Positions 24,349 to 38,000 of a stretch of DNA of 64,000 nt are shown here, in pieces. Below the pieces are notes generated by a model. That model saw only the letters and a list, made by a program, of their open reading frames with translations, was not told the origin of the DNA and did no database searches. The stretch lies in the NCBI GenBank assembly GCA_051362555.1, contig CM120640.1:41580788-41644787 (forward strand), given 5' to 3'. How positions within the stretch are numbered: the stretch's first letter is position 1; every line of letters starts with the position of its first letter. Made by a program: the position numbers and the translations under genes. This stretch comes from Lingula anatina. Lineage: Eukaryota > Animalia > Brachiopoda.

Positions 24349-27300
24349 ATGGCCTCTCGTGAAGGGGACACTGCGCTGTGGCTCCACAATAAGTTGGGTT
24401 CTACCGACGATTTTTGGTCTGGAAGGTCCATATGTTCTCAACTTACACAAGATAAACTACAGAGTATATTGGGTTGTTTTCAAGCGCTGCAACCACACGT
24501 TAAAGTCAAACTGATGCTGTCTTTTCTGCACCTTGCAAGGCGCAATGTGGAAGAGGTTAGTGAATAGTAAACACACTAAAATAGTTTTTATAACCCTACT
24601 TTTCAGTGAAATCTTTAAAAAAATTGCTTTATTCGGGATCTTTTGCGAAAAGAATGATTACATTCAAGAACCATATCAAGGAAGTATGCTTGCTTGACGT
24701 CGGTTTATTGATTTCAGTGGAAGGTGGACCTGGAAGAAATCCTGGAGCTGGCTTCCAATGACAGTGATCAGTGGGTCTCCACTGTGGCAGATATTTTACG
24801 GTCTTTTCCGTCAACTGGTGCTCTGAATCTCCAGTTGGATGATACAAATCCAACATTCTCATCCATTGTTACAGATCTGAAGAAGCTCGGTTTGTATTTT
24901 TTTTATGATTAATTATAATTTTTAGAGTATGGAATTGCAATAAGGTGTACTGTTAAAAGTAATTTAATTTTTGTTACAGCATAAATAAGGTTTGTGTGGA
25001 AAGAGTGCGCATACTGGCAATTTATGAAGTGGAAAGATTAATGCATATGTTGAAGTCAGATACCTGATTAACTATTTCTGTTCACTTGTTTAAAAAGGTT
25101 GGAAATAAATACCAATTAACATGTCCCAATACTAATGCAGTGAAAATATGCCTTTTTATACTGTGAGAAACCCTGTTTAGTTATGAGTATGAATTCGTTG
25201 AATAGGACATTTATTTTTAAAGACCTTGGATTAGGTAATGATACTTGTACCTATTTGTACATGTAATTAGATTTTTTTCATTTTCAGTAAAAAAATCTGC
25301 AGATGCTGGGATGCTGCCATTAGAATGTTTATATTTAAACACCAAAGCATTAACCTCTCTAGCGGGCCAACCACCACAACCTGTGAAGCATTTTGCTTTA
25401 AAAAGAAAACCTAAATCAGCAGCACTCAGAGTGGAACTTCTACAGAAATGTATGATTTTATGAAAAATATTTTTGAATCAATTTAAAAACTTGATTACAC
25501 CAGCCAAAAGAAGACATTCTTCTTTTCATCAGTTTATTGCAGAACTTGGATTTAAAAGCTTTGGCATACATGCAAGGCTCCTATAGTAGAGACAAGAAAT
25601 TTTTATATAATGGGTCTTTATGGAGTCAGATATATGATTTAAGTTTCACTTAAAAACAAGTCTTTAATTTCAGTTTCTTATTCACCAATTTCTTTTACTT
25701 AAAGCCACTGAAGCTGCAAACAATGTAAAGAAGGGAACAACTACACATTCGCTGCCAATCAAAGTAAGAAGTTTTGCTAAAAAGATGGATGACACAAGTA
25801 AGTAATATGTCAGAGAAATTCCTAAATGTGTAAAATAAAGTTGCTGATATGTGCTCCACCAGTTACTCTCAGTACTTCAGTTTGTTGATAGCTTAGATTT
25901 TGTGAAAGTGTTGTTTAGAAATAAATGCCATCTTGTTACCTGTCATACGAATTTGTGCAAGATCAATTGTCACTCAAGCTAGTATCAGCTGGAAATGAAG
26001 GTGCACTGAAAATTTTGTATGTTTGCTAACAATAGTTGATCTAATGAAAGTGCAGAGAAAAAATATTTTGAATTTATAAACAGTGATTGTTCTGACTTCA
26101 TATTTCTTTTTACCAGCACCTCTTAAAGGCATACCAAATAAAACTGGCTTCAGAGCTCCTGCTGCCATAGGGAACAGACTAGGAGGTACTCCTCTGTCAC
26201 ATAGGACTCCTACTGGGGCAAGGAAGAGTGGGGGAATCAAGGTAACTTTCTCAGAAAATAAGCAAAGAATTTGCGAAAAAGATATTACGAGTTTGCCATT
26301 AAATTAAAGATATTCACCAAATGAATAAAGACCAAACTTATTTCACAAAAGTACATGTCACATACTGATAGTATATTGCTATTTCACCCCAGGTAAATAT
26401 TTTAAGTAATTCATTAATGAAGATTAATGGTATTTTTAGTTGTTAGACATCACAGAACAGCCAGTTGGAGGAAAAGAAGCTAAAAGGAGGAAAAAACAAG
26501 CAGGTAATTTACAAACATAAATAATGAGTCACAACAGTAAAACATCTTAATCTCTACTCTATATCTCTAAAAACAGTACTGTCTTTGACATTTTAACATG
26601 GAAATATCTATTATCTGCTTTTAGTGAAACAGAATAGTGTTTCTAGTATGTTTTGGTACACATATAAATTTAAATAGTGATGTATTTCATTCTCAATAGA
26701 TCAAGAAGCAACAGAACAACAGAAGAAAGAAAAAGACCAAGCCTCTGCCACTCCAGATTATGCTGCTGGACTGTTTTCACCTGCTACTCCTGTGAGTACA
26801 TTTTCAACTCGGGTGTCAGGCAGAAATATTGCTAGAGACACATGAGTTTTTTTTCAACCAATTAACTTTTGGAATCATTTTGAATTAGCAAAAGGGAGGA
26901 AGTATTAAGCATAATGTCTAGCATTACTTGGCTAAAACATTTTTTTCTTTGGTCTTAAAATGAATAATCCAATGATTCCTGTCATATTTGATGCAACAAA
27001 GTGAGTAGATGTGTTGTTTAAACTGGAAATTAAATAAATGTTTGAAATAAGTGAACAACTAAACTGTACAAGGAAATGAAGGGTGCCTTGTTTGCTTGTT
27101 TGTTTGGACCGTTTTCTCTTCATGAAGATTAGAGTTTACTCACAATATTGAAATTTGAGATACTTAAATTTATGAAGCAAAATATGAATTTAGAAAAGTT
27201 TGTTTTTGATTTTGGAAATATTTTTATTGTTTTACTATTTTTTGTTTGCTTTAAATATTTTATTTATAATGACTTTGTTTTTAAATGATATTTTCAGCGC

Positions 27301-28970
27301 CCCACGTCACAAACAGCATCAGCAGGTGGTTCTTTACCACACACAGGGCCCAGTTATGTCCCAGCTCCAGCTAGTAGATTGCCCACCATCGCAGGGGGCA
27401 CTACAACACTTCCCAGTAAGTTCAGCTGTTTAGCTATTTGTTTAGTGTGTGTGTGTGTGTTAATGTAGGTGCATTAGCATATGCCTGGGCGAAGGCTGAT
27501 TTAAGAAGAATTTTTAGCTTGTGTTGGTGGCATTTTGTTTCTATAAATATGTTAAAATTTATTATCCTAAACTGAATTGTTAGATTTCTTTCATTATTAA
27601 CTGTGTTTGAAAAACTTAAATGGTTTGTATGTATGAATAGGTTGTAACATTGACTTATAATGTCAAATGATATATAACTATAAGGGATTTGTGTCATCAT
27701 CTCACAACAATAAATTGCTTTCGCTTGCTCTCCAGCCTCCAGTGTGTCAGCTGCCACACAGGCTGCACGGGAGAATCTGCAGCAGCAGCTGCAGCAACAG
27801 TTGAATAACTCACAAATTAGGACACAGGGGCAGACACAGAGTGTCAGCAATGTGCAACAGCAGTTGCAACAGCAGCAGCAGCAACAGCAGCAGTCTAATC
27901 AAAATCAACAAAAGAAGGGGTTATCCTTAACAGTAAGTGCACACTAATCTACAAGGTTGCGTTAGGGGACGGATACCAGACAAATGATTATAGAAACTGA
28001 TACTGTAAAATTGAAAAAGTCAGCCAAAATAAGGATTTTTTTCTTAATAATTGTAAACAATGGAACAGTACACAGAGATTGTTTTATGTTTATTGTAGTA
28101 AATAACTGTTATCTTTTGTGTGAATTTTTTGCTTTGTCAAGTGTAAAAATGATCTATCCCTTGTGAAGGATGCCAAGTTACTGTGCTCAGTATGATAGCT
28201 GTTATTATTATTATGATGTTGTATTAAGATCATGTTGAAATTAATTTCTGACCAAAATAGCAACCAGACATCATACATTTAACTTCTAACTATCAAAGAA
28301 ATCTGTTTGGCAAATTACAGAGAGAACAAATGATGGAGGCTCAAGAAATGTTCCGTACATCCAACAAAGTTACACGTCCAGAAAAAGCGCTCATTCTTGG
28401 TTTTATGGCAGGTGCTAGGGGTAAGATATGTGTGCCTGTAGATATTCATTTTGTTTTAGTCAGTATCACTGAATGTCAGCAACAAGATACTATAGACAAA
28501 ATAATACTGCATACTTCTATCACTCAAAAATGTTCATGCTCTGTTCTCAAAAATGTAACCCTTTTTTTTCTTCAAATACAGTTCCATGCAAGGGACAGGA
28601 AATTAACATTTTGTTGGTAATAAATAGATATCCTTATATCAAATCTAGCAGGTAGTATATTTTTGTTTTGTTCATTCACTGCAATGAACAATGCAAACAA
28701 CAAACCACAATAAAATAAGAAGATAAAACATTCTGTCAGGTTTGCAGTTTTATAGCACCTTCTTTGTGTTTTTCAGAGAACCCTTGTCCTCAGCAAGGAG
28801 ATATAGTGAACATTCATTTAAGTGAAGCTATAGAAAATGTGCAACAGACTGGTATTACCAAACAAATGATTGCAGATACTTACTTTGTTATGAATTATGC
28901 CAGTGGGGAATGGAAAAGGGTGAAAAAATACAGAGATATGCAACCTACAGATTCGGCGCTAAAGACATGA
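24349..28970 (+). CDS. NELFA: Negative elongation factor A (~11 exons)
   Basis: MASREGDTALWLHNKLGSTDD..., LPLECLYLN, KHFALKRKPKSAALR, GIKLLDI, a polyQ exon (27736-27932), LSLTREQMMEAQEMFRTSNKVTRPEKALILGFMAGARENPCP, and a TGA ending at 28970. Confidence 0.95.
27780..27910 (+). repeat. CAG/CAA polyglutamine-coding tract in NELFA
   Basis: Encodes LQQQLQQQL...QQQLQQQQQQQQQSNQNQQ. Confidence 0.85.
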
Positions 28971-29694
28971 TGGTGAAATGGAGTTTTCACTTCAGAAGTG
29001 AAAAAGAAGACAGTGAAAAAGTAGAATTTTCTGTTTTGTTTTGTAATTCATTAAGATAAGTTGACTAAAGATCTGACTGGATACATGTTGTAAAGAAACA
29101 TTTCAACTTTTTGTATTGTCTTGTGTTGTGAGAGTATTCCATTTCATGTAATCAAAAATGTGACAGAAGTGGTACTTAGTACTTAGTAACATGGTACCAG
29201 TTTTGCAGTCTAGGCTGGGGCAGAGGATTTTGCAATGCTGAGGTGGGACACAGACTTCAACATATTCATGATGTTGCAGCTTCAAGTAAACTGTAGCCTC
29301 TCTTACATAACAAGTAAACAACTGAGTGAAAATTCAGTATATGTAAAGTGAAGCTTATTTTGATTTCTAAGATATAGGCAGTCGCAAAAACTTGGTATTG
29401 ATATTAGAAAAAAAAAACTATAAGCTTTATAAGTGGACATGGTGAGTATCTTTCCATTAGGTCTTTGGAAATGTGCATCAGCAGGTTGCATCCAGTTTTT
29501 AATAAACTTGTCTCAGAATTTTTGATTTGTGAGACTGGTGTTGATGTCCCTCTTTGCCTTAAATCTTTCTTTTGAATAGTTACCTTATATGTAGCTGTAC
29601 TGGTTAATCAAAAGTTGTAGTTGCATTAATTTCACTTGCATATGGTATCTAAATGCACCCTGCTTAATTTAGAGCAGCAACAAGGTTATTTTAA

Positions 29695-29993
29695 AGGGGT
29701 AACAACTGTTCATTTTGGCCAAAAAAATGAATTTTCCTGGGGTAAACAGCAATTTTCCCATACTTATCAATGGTTAATGAATCCATTTCTACATTCAAAG
29801 TTAGTGCCTGGTTTTTTTCTAAAAAGTTTTTTTTTTTTTTTGGAGGTCATGTGGTTGGATGGCAAGCATATATTTCAGATTTATTGCTATAACTTTCGTT
29901 TTGGTGGTAAAATAAGATATATGAAATTTATATAAGTTGTTTACAATGTATTTGTTTTGAAATATAGATCTCATACAAAGAGTTGTTATCCCT
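29695..29993. mobile_element. Kolobok-like MITE, copy 2
   Basis: TTAA|AGGGGTAACAACT ... AGTTGTTATCCCT|TTAA. Shares long internal blocks with 4090-4429. Confidence 0.8.
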
Positions 29994-30691
29994 TTAAGTA
30001 ACACCCCTGCTTACACACCCCCTGCTGGTATGAGGTGACATGCATCCCATTTACTAATCCCAATACCCTAACTAACCTCAACCTAACTTATCATATAGAA
30101 CCCATATTTCCATTTCTAGGACTGCCATTCCTGTTCTACAGCTGTTCTCAAGATGTCGCCTTAATTCATACTTTTTTGTTCAAATTCTCTAAATAAAGAA
30201 AAAATTATTGGTTTGTTTAATGAAAATGATGTTCTTTCCCTAGCCCCATTTTTTCTGCAATTGAACAGTCAACTGAGCCACTGCAGTATTATAATCAATT
30301 ATTAATCTCACTTACTGTAAAATAAACCCCACAGTACCCCATTAAATCTTTGTAATATAGATAGACCAAACATATCCTAAAGAAGGGTATTCTAAGCTCA
30401 AATAATCTAAATAGATAAACTGATTTGGTTTGTCATGAATTTGCCTCAAATTTGACATTGACCCCAATTTACTAATACATGATCTATTGTTATGTAACTT
30501 TCAATACTTATTTATGTAGAGTTACCCTTCTGCTTCACAATGGTTATACATCGTTGTTAATTCTTAACCACTAATTATGAAGAATTTCCTTCCCCTAACC
30601 CCATTCTTTAAAATACGCCTATTTAAGCCACAGGGTGTTACACAACATTAAAAGAAATCCTCAGTGGGCATTTTGTCACTGGGGACACATA

Positions 30692-31237
30692 GAGCGCATT
30701 CTCAACGAATTAAGCCAGGCTTTACAAAGCCGGTGACCTAAAAATGGCGGACGTACATGAAAGAAAAACCGCCTAATCTTTTAATAGTCTCTCCGCCTCT
30801 CACACGCCTCCCCACACGTCGTCCCTGTGGGGTACAGTAATTAAATCTCGGCTCCGAACATAAATATTTCCGTGAATATCTCTGTTGATATTATCTCCGT
30901 AGATAGTCTATTCATTGCTGCTCTACGGGCCAAGTTATTCCTTTTTCGTCTCTGTTTTCAAAGATAATAGAACAGAAGAGCTTTTTTCCTTCGATCGCCT
31001 TCAGCCGCCATGCTTTCTTCACCACGAGTTTAACTGATGAGCATGCGCACTTAATATTTCTCAGGTAGCTTCTGCATGGCGAACGGAGACGCGATTTAAT
31101 TACTGTACCCCGCAGTGACGACGTGTGGGGAGGCGGAGAGACTATTAAAAGATTAGGCGGTTTTTCTTTCATGTACGTCCGCCATTTTTAGGTCACCGGC
31201 TTTGTAAAGCCTGGCTTAATTCGTTGAGAATGCGCTC
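30692..31237. mobile_element. MITE with ~165-bp TIRs and a 3-bp ATA TSD (PIF/Harbinger-like, tentative)
   Basis: GAGCGCATTCTCAACGAATTAAGCCAGGC... is matched by its reverse complement ending ...GAGAATGCGCTC. ATA lies on both flanks (30689-30691, 31238-31240). The outer ~115 bp of the arms appear identical. Confidence 0.88.
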
Positions 31238-32076
31238 ATAGAGACCAAACTTTGAGGGGTTGCATGTGGACCTCTTGTTCACTGCAGACTTTATGTGGTA
31301 GACAAAAGGAGCTTTCAATTGTTTGAAAATTTTCATCAGTTGCTTGTCTAACAACCAATAACAAACCAGCAAATTAAAATTTTAAAGAAATTTACTGTAT
31401 ATAAAAAAGATGGAATGTCTAAATTTTTACATGTCTGTATCACAGTCTACAAAATCATTGCTCTCAATAATAATAATAATTTTATATATATATTACAAAA
31501 TTCATAAATACTACCAATGAAGAAAATGGCTATGAAACAGTAAAATGTCACATAATAATAATTGTAATACCTTTTCAAGGTTAACATGGGTAACATTTAG
31601 TGAGTACAGAGAAAACTGCTATGTTGACCCCTTCATAATTACGTGCTTACTTTATACAATATATAGTCACAAAATAATTCACAATTTAATTCTGCGATAG
31701 TTAAACATGTTATTACTAACCTCAGAAAATGTATCACATTTGACAACAACTAAATTAAAAAATAGTAATAAAGTATATATAATATTTGATTGTCTGCTTA
31801 CAAGAAAACTTCAGAAAAATCTGGCACATTGGCACTGTTAAATTTTGTGCTTCTGATATCTTTACATATGCTACTCAAAGCAAAAGACGTAAATTTTCTT
31901 TTGTCAAATTGTATAACAACTGTCTTATTATCATAATACACACTGATAGTTAGACAGTTGTACTAACCTGACAACTTACAGGAACACAATACAACACAAT
32001 ACAACACAACACAATACAAATCAGGAACTTACAGGAACTCAATACAAATCAAATATCACAGTTTTATGACAGTTTC

Positions 32077-35000
32077 TTAACATTTTACAGAGCTTACATC
32101 TTTACTGAAAACCAGCTTTTGTAACATGTCTTCAATATTTGATAATGATGAAGAAGTTTTTTCTTCCAGTTTTGAAATTCTGTCCTCCAGCATTTTTAAT
32201 CGGTCATCAGAAAAGCTTGGACTTATGTTAAGAACTTTCTCAGAATCTGGTACGAATTTTGAACTTGTTTCTTCTGCCATTTGTCCCTTCTCCATAAGGG
32301 AGGCTGCTGATTCTTCAAAGAAAGTTGGGTTTGGTGATTTAGAGCGGCTTGATGTACCACGATGCTTTCCTTGAGACTTCTCACCATCTGCTTCATCAAC
32401 AATTTTTTTCCTTCTGTGTCGGTGCTTTTTGGACCTTTCTTTGTCATTTTCATCTTCTTCTGCACTCAAAGACAGTCTTTCTTCCCTCCTCTTTTCTCTA
32501 TCTTTTCTTTTCTTTATCCTCTTTATCCTTTTCTTTTCTTTTGTTTCAGCCTCCTCTATAGGGGGTAGCCTACTTATGTTTTGATCCTCAGCAACTGTGC
32601 TTGCCTGCTTATCACGTAGTGTTAACTGCAATAATTATAGATTTTAATAAAAAAAATGAACAGTAAGGTTTTACCATGACTCAGTTGATATTCATAACTC
32701 CTTTTTATTCAATTCACGCCAATGTGATAATTATTATATGCATGTATTCACAACATAAAAAATGACAGGTACATGAATGATATTTTAACCGTTTCTTTAT
32801 GCACCATTAAATAGAAGACATTTTTTACCGAATGTCTAAAAGCATTGACTCCCTGCTCCATGAGCTTTCTTTCCCTCAGTGTCCTTTTCCAGTGAGATGC
32901 ACCCTCAGAAGATACAGAAAAATTGTCCATGGAAATGTTATCTGAATTTGGGAGATCATAATCCTCCAAATCTCTTTGACTCTCTGCCCAGTAGAGCCGC
33001 ATTTCCTCAATAGCCTTGGCAATATTATCGACCCTAGATAAGTTAAAAATAAAACAATATACTGTATGCATTAAACACCTTTTCTGTTACTACAAAGGTG
33101 CTCACTATTAAATGGAAATTTCTTTATCTTAAAAAACTATGAAGATTTATAGATTCATAGTGTAAAAATATAATGATCACTTCAGGCTTTCCCAGGGAAA
33201 TCTCATCATGGTAATGCTTAAATCATTATCAATGTACTCCTCGTAACTGCTTTTGATTAGAAAAAAATTGAAATGTGAATTTCAGCTGAGTACTAATAGT
33301 TAAGCCATGTTCACATAAAAAATGAAATGTATAGACCAAATGACATCACCAGATGATGGGATATTTAGGAACTGTACATTATGTTCAATGGCACACTTAG
33401 TTCCATGTAAGGATCAACAACAATAATAGCCAAGCTGCCAGCACTGTTTACACTAAAATACAAATAGGCGTGCAATCTACTTGCCGATCTACAAAAACAT
33501 TTACTGGTCTACAAAAACATTACTATTGAACATGTTAGTTTATGTTGAAAAAAAGGGTGGAGGAGGTCACACTATTCACATATAATACAATATAATGTTA
33601 GTACCTCTAGTAAAAAAAATATTAAAGCATCACTCAAAAACTACCTGTCTTTAATTGTTTTTATAACATTATCAGTTTGAGCACATTCTCTGTCCAGCTG
33701 ATTCTGCATATGCAGCTTCTGGCACTCTTTCTCAAAGCCCACCAATGCTCTCCTTTGTCTTTCAGTCAGTTTTTGATCTTTTCCTGTGGGTGGAAGATTA
33801 GTAGTAGTAGTAATAGTAATAGAAGTAGTAGTATGGGGTGCGAGAAGAAATGAATATATTTACATGTACCCAGCAGCCTGATATACACAGTTTCAATATG
33901 TGTGCACATGCTCACAAGATTGGTACCATTTTAAAATTTTGATGCCTATACCCCATTGCTGTTTCCCAGTGGTGTAGATTTAAGCTTTCCACTTAGAATA
34001 TGCATCATATTTTGCTTTATATTCATAAATTTTGGTAAATGTAACATTAGACACATATTAAACAAAAATTTTCAGGGAAGAGCTGATTACCCTCACAAAG
34101 CTGGGAAAGCCAACCAGAATCAGTGGTTAAACAGTGATAACTTGAAGTCGTTTTGTGTCCATTTCCAGACAAAAAGCAGTAACCAGATATCGCTCTTTAA
34201 TTATTCTTGTTTAATTTTCATGTGATTGCATCATTACATCATTAAATTTCCTCTATGATCACAAGGTCATTGGGCCGAATATGAATGGCTAAACTACATA
34301 CTAGCTGTGGCTTTGCTGCTGTGCTTTTCTGAAGGAATTGAAACAGGATAGGGTCATAATATCTGTGATTACATGTTCAGATGACAGGATTTCCTTACAC
34401 CTTGTTGTTTTATGTAAGCAGAGTGTATTTCAGGTATTTAAATCTTGACATTGAACTTTTTGTATAGTTCACGTGTATGGGAGTTCATACATTGTACTGA
34501 AGTTGAAAATGAATATGACTGTAACGCACAATAACCCGTTTTCTTCACCCATAAAAATTTGCAACGAGGAACAATTTTTTTGTATTTCTTTAGTTTGTGT
34601 GCAGTAATTGATCCCGGATATGAGCAATAAATATGACAAAACTATTCTGAGAGCTTTCTTTTCCATGTACAACTGTAAAACAGACTGGTATGTCTGTGTC
34701 CCACATTTAACCGCTGTTTGAGTGTCATTTTCGTGTTAGAAGTTTAAAATACACAGCAATGTTATGAAACACAAGATTGGCTGTTATAATAAGACAAATC
34801 CAACCCCTTTCACAAGAAAACACCCCCATTATAACCCAACACAGGAATATTTTGACAGACTTTCAAAGATGATAACCCATTGTTGTTATCCAGTACTGTG
34901 AACGTGCACACATGATTGAGGTAAGACACCTAGCGCTCTTGTCTGATATCTTAAACTTAAAAATATCAGATAACTCTTTTGATGGTTGCATGGGTTTCTC

Positions 35001-38000
35001 ATGCAATAATTACCAAAATTAGAATCATATACCCAGAAATGACTTGACCCATTGGCCTTTTGATAAGAATAGCCTTTTTACTTCCTTTTCTTCTCTGATT
35101 TAAACTTTGCTCAAGCTACTGATACATGTAGTTAGTTTTATTTGACAGGATAACTAAATTCACTACAGAGTGCAGTGAAGATCACAAGGCACACCATACA
35201 ATGAAGGTAAGGGTTAGAATGATAAAACAAAGTACACAGTAAAAAGTTTTAGTACTACAACACTACAAGCCTTAGCCTAAGGTAGAAATGGGTTTAATCA
35301 ATTGAACTTGGTGCAGTATTCAAACCTTCTTTTCACTACAAGTGTCAGCATACTGGGATCCAGTTCTGCCTTTTCCCTGGTTTTCCTCATGTAACTTTTC
35401 ACTGAGTCTTTCTCAAAAGCTCCTAACATTCGCCTCTGGTGTTCAAGAGTTTTAGTATTGACTAAATTAAAAACATAACAAAAACACAAGCTGAACTTAA
35501 AATAGAAAATAAAATGTAACCAAACAAAATGATAATATGCCATGCATCTTGAAATACAACCATTAATAAATTTTAAAGCTAGAATCTAACAAAACAAGTT
35601 CACAATGAAAATCTTTAGAGTAATCAAATAAATAAAAAAAACTTAAAAATAAAACGCATGCACATCAATATAAAAGCCAATGCTTTTATTTTCAAGAAGA
35701 AAAAATGTGAATCAAAGCATACTGTATGTTTTTTCTTTAAATTATCATTAAGTTAAACATAAATCAATCACAATCAGTAAATGCTTATAACTTCAAATAG
35801 AAGTGTTAAATAGGAAAAAAGTTATAAATATATCATAACCCTGTGTCCTTACCCTTGGGTGGCACTTTATGGCAGGTTTTCCTCACTATAAACCTGATTA
35901 AGAGCAACACATGCTCTATGAAGATAAAAGGGGGAGGCAGGCCTGGCTTGTCTATGTATTCCATCACTAGGAAATACATATCAAACTTCCAGATCTCTAA
36001 GGAGTTTTTCTGCACTTTGTCAAACACAAAACTACAAGAGACAAAAGAAAAGATAAGTTAACTCATTTTCATTAAATAAAATTATTTTTATCTGAAATGC
36101 CAAACTTAAATATATTATTATAGTATTTTAGTGAATAAAAAATAATACAAATAATACCTGTTATGAGAAATAGAATGTTCAGCAAAAAAATCCAAAAATT
36201 ACAGAAAAGAAACCCCAGAAATTGAGTTGAAAATAAACCAAGAATGGCTTAGTTACCTGAAGATGGCAATGAGAAGATTCAGCAGCAGTACATTGCCCAC
36301 AAGCAGATAGACTGCTAGCAGTATGGGCACAAAGCTGTGGAAGGTGGGGCAGGGGTGCCCATCCAGTGTCACTGTGCTGTTCCCTTCACAGCCAGGCAAG
36401 GTACCTGAAACAAATCAATACAATGACTCCAATGAGTTGGATCAGATTTTAATTTCAATACTTGTGTAGTGCAAATTTTTCTCATTTTATATTTTGTAAT
36501 GTTGGTCACTAATGATGTGTTATTGTTCTAATCCATAGTGTTCGCAAAGATTATTTCAACTGCAGTCTTCCCGCTGTTGTGATCAAGCTCACTACTTTGA
36601 AGTTTTTTTTGCTAGTAAAGATTAACATGGATTTACCTTAATATTTCAATATTTGTTCCTTAAAATATTTATTTGGGATAAGTCAAGCCTGTTTAAACAT
36701 TCACATACCCTGAAGTCCAATCTCATCCAGAAACAGTTCTCCATATATCTGCCAATAAGGATAGTAGAAGATATCCTTCAGAATACCCCAATATGGTTCT
36801 CTAGCAGGGAATGTGAGGGCCTGATAGGTCACCCCATAACCCATTATGGCTATTATCAAGATGCACACAAAGATAGACAGCTCAATTACCTGTGGAAAAA
36901 TAAAACTAAATATTTAATATCATATGATCATAGACATATAAGAAGAAACTTGTAAGTAGCTGACACATAACTTTATTGAATTTCTTTTTTTTATTTTAAT
37001 TGAAATGGTAAATATCACTTCAATGTATTCAGTGTTTCACTATCTTTCAATAAATATAACCTGAAAATAAATTAAACCATGACTCTGATACAAGCCTGAA
37101 TCCAATAAACTATTTACACCATTCCCAGTATGTACTAACCATCAACTTAATCATGACCAGCTTTGGACCCAGCACACTGCTGACAGAATAAAGCCTGAGG
37201 AACCGAAGATAAAACAGCACACAGTTCATGGCATAGAACAGCTTAATCTGGTCTAACATGCCAGGTATCATGCGGAATATAAATCCCCCCAGGGCCACAA
37301 CACAGAGGATGATGTCTATGCGGTTCCATACGCTGAAGTTCCACCAGTCTATCAGCTTACGCCCAACGCTCTCCGAGGTGGAGTAGGTCATCTGAATTTC
37401 AATAAAATTAGATATTTTTGATATAACAATTATATATATATATACACACACACACACAATCATATTTACATAGTGAAGTTACTACTGAGGTGGAAAAAAT
37501 CTGTAATCAAAATATCTGGGCCAACCCATCAAATCATGAAATATAATAGAGTAAGCTTCTCAAGCTTTTTCTAATAGTATTATTAACTCATTTTCATACC
37601 TTGACCTCTGGCAGTTTAAATCATAAGTCTGTCTTTATATGAAACCTAGCACTTTTGTCTGCTGAGCTAATTAATTTATGAACAGAAATCTACAGCCTCA
37701 CCATACCTCTCTCAATTCCTCAACTATCATGGTGCTTATCCATCCTATCAGTAAAATCTCCAGAGTGCTGATCTCTTCACGCAAATGAAATAATATAAGG
37801 TATGAATAGGCCACCAGGAAGAAAACGTACCAAAGCTGGATATAAGAGAAAAAAATAAAAATTAATGTCTAATATCAGTTTATAATACACTGATGTATGA
37901 ATATACATTTAGTGAATAGGACATGGTTACTTCTCGTTATTCTCATTTTAGGAATCAAAGCTGTGGCAAGGAAACTAATTCAACTAGAGGATCAGAGAGG

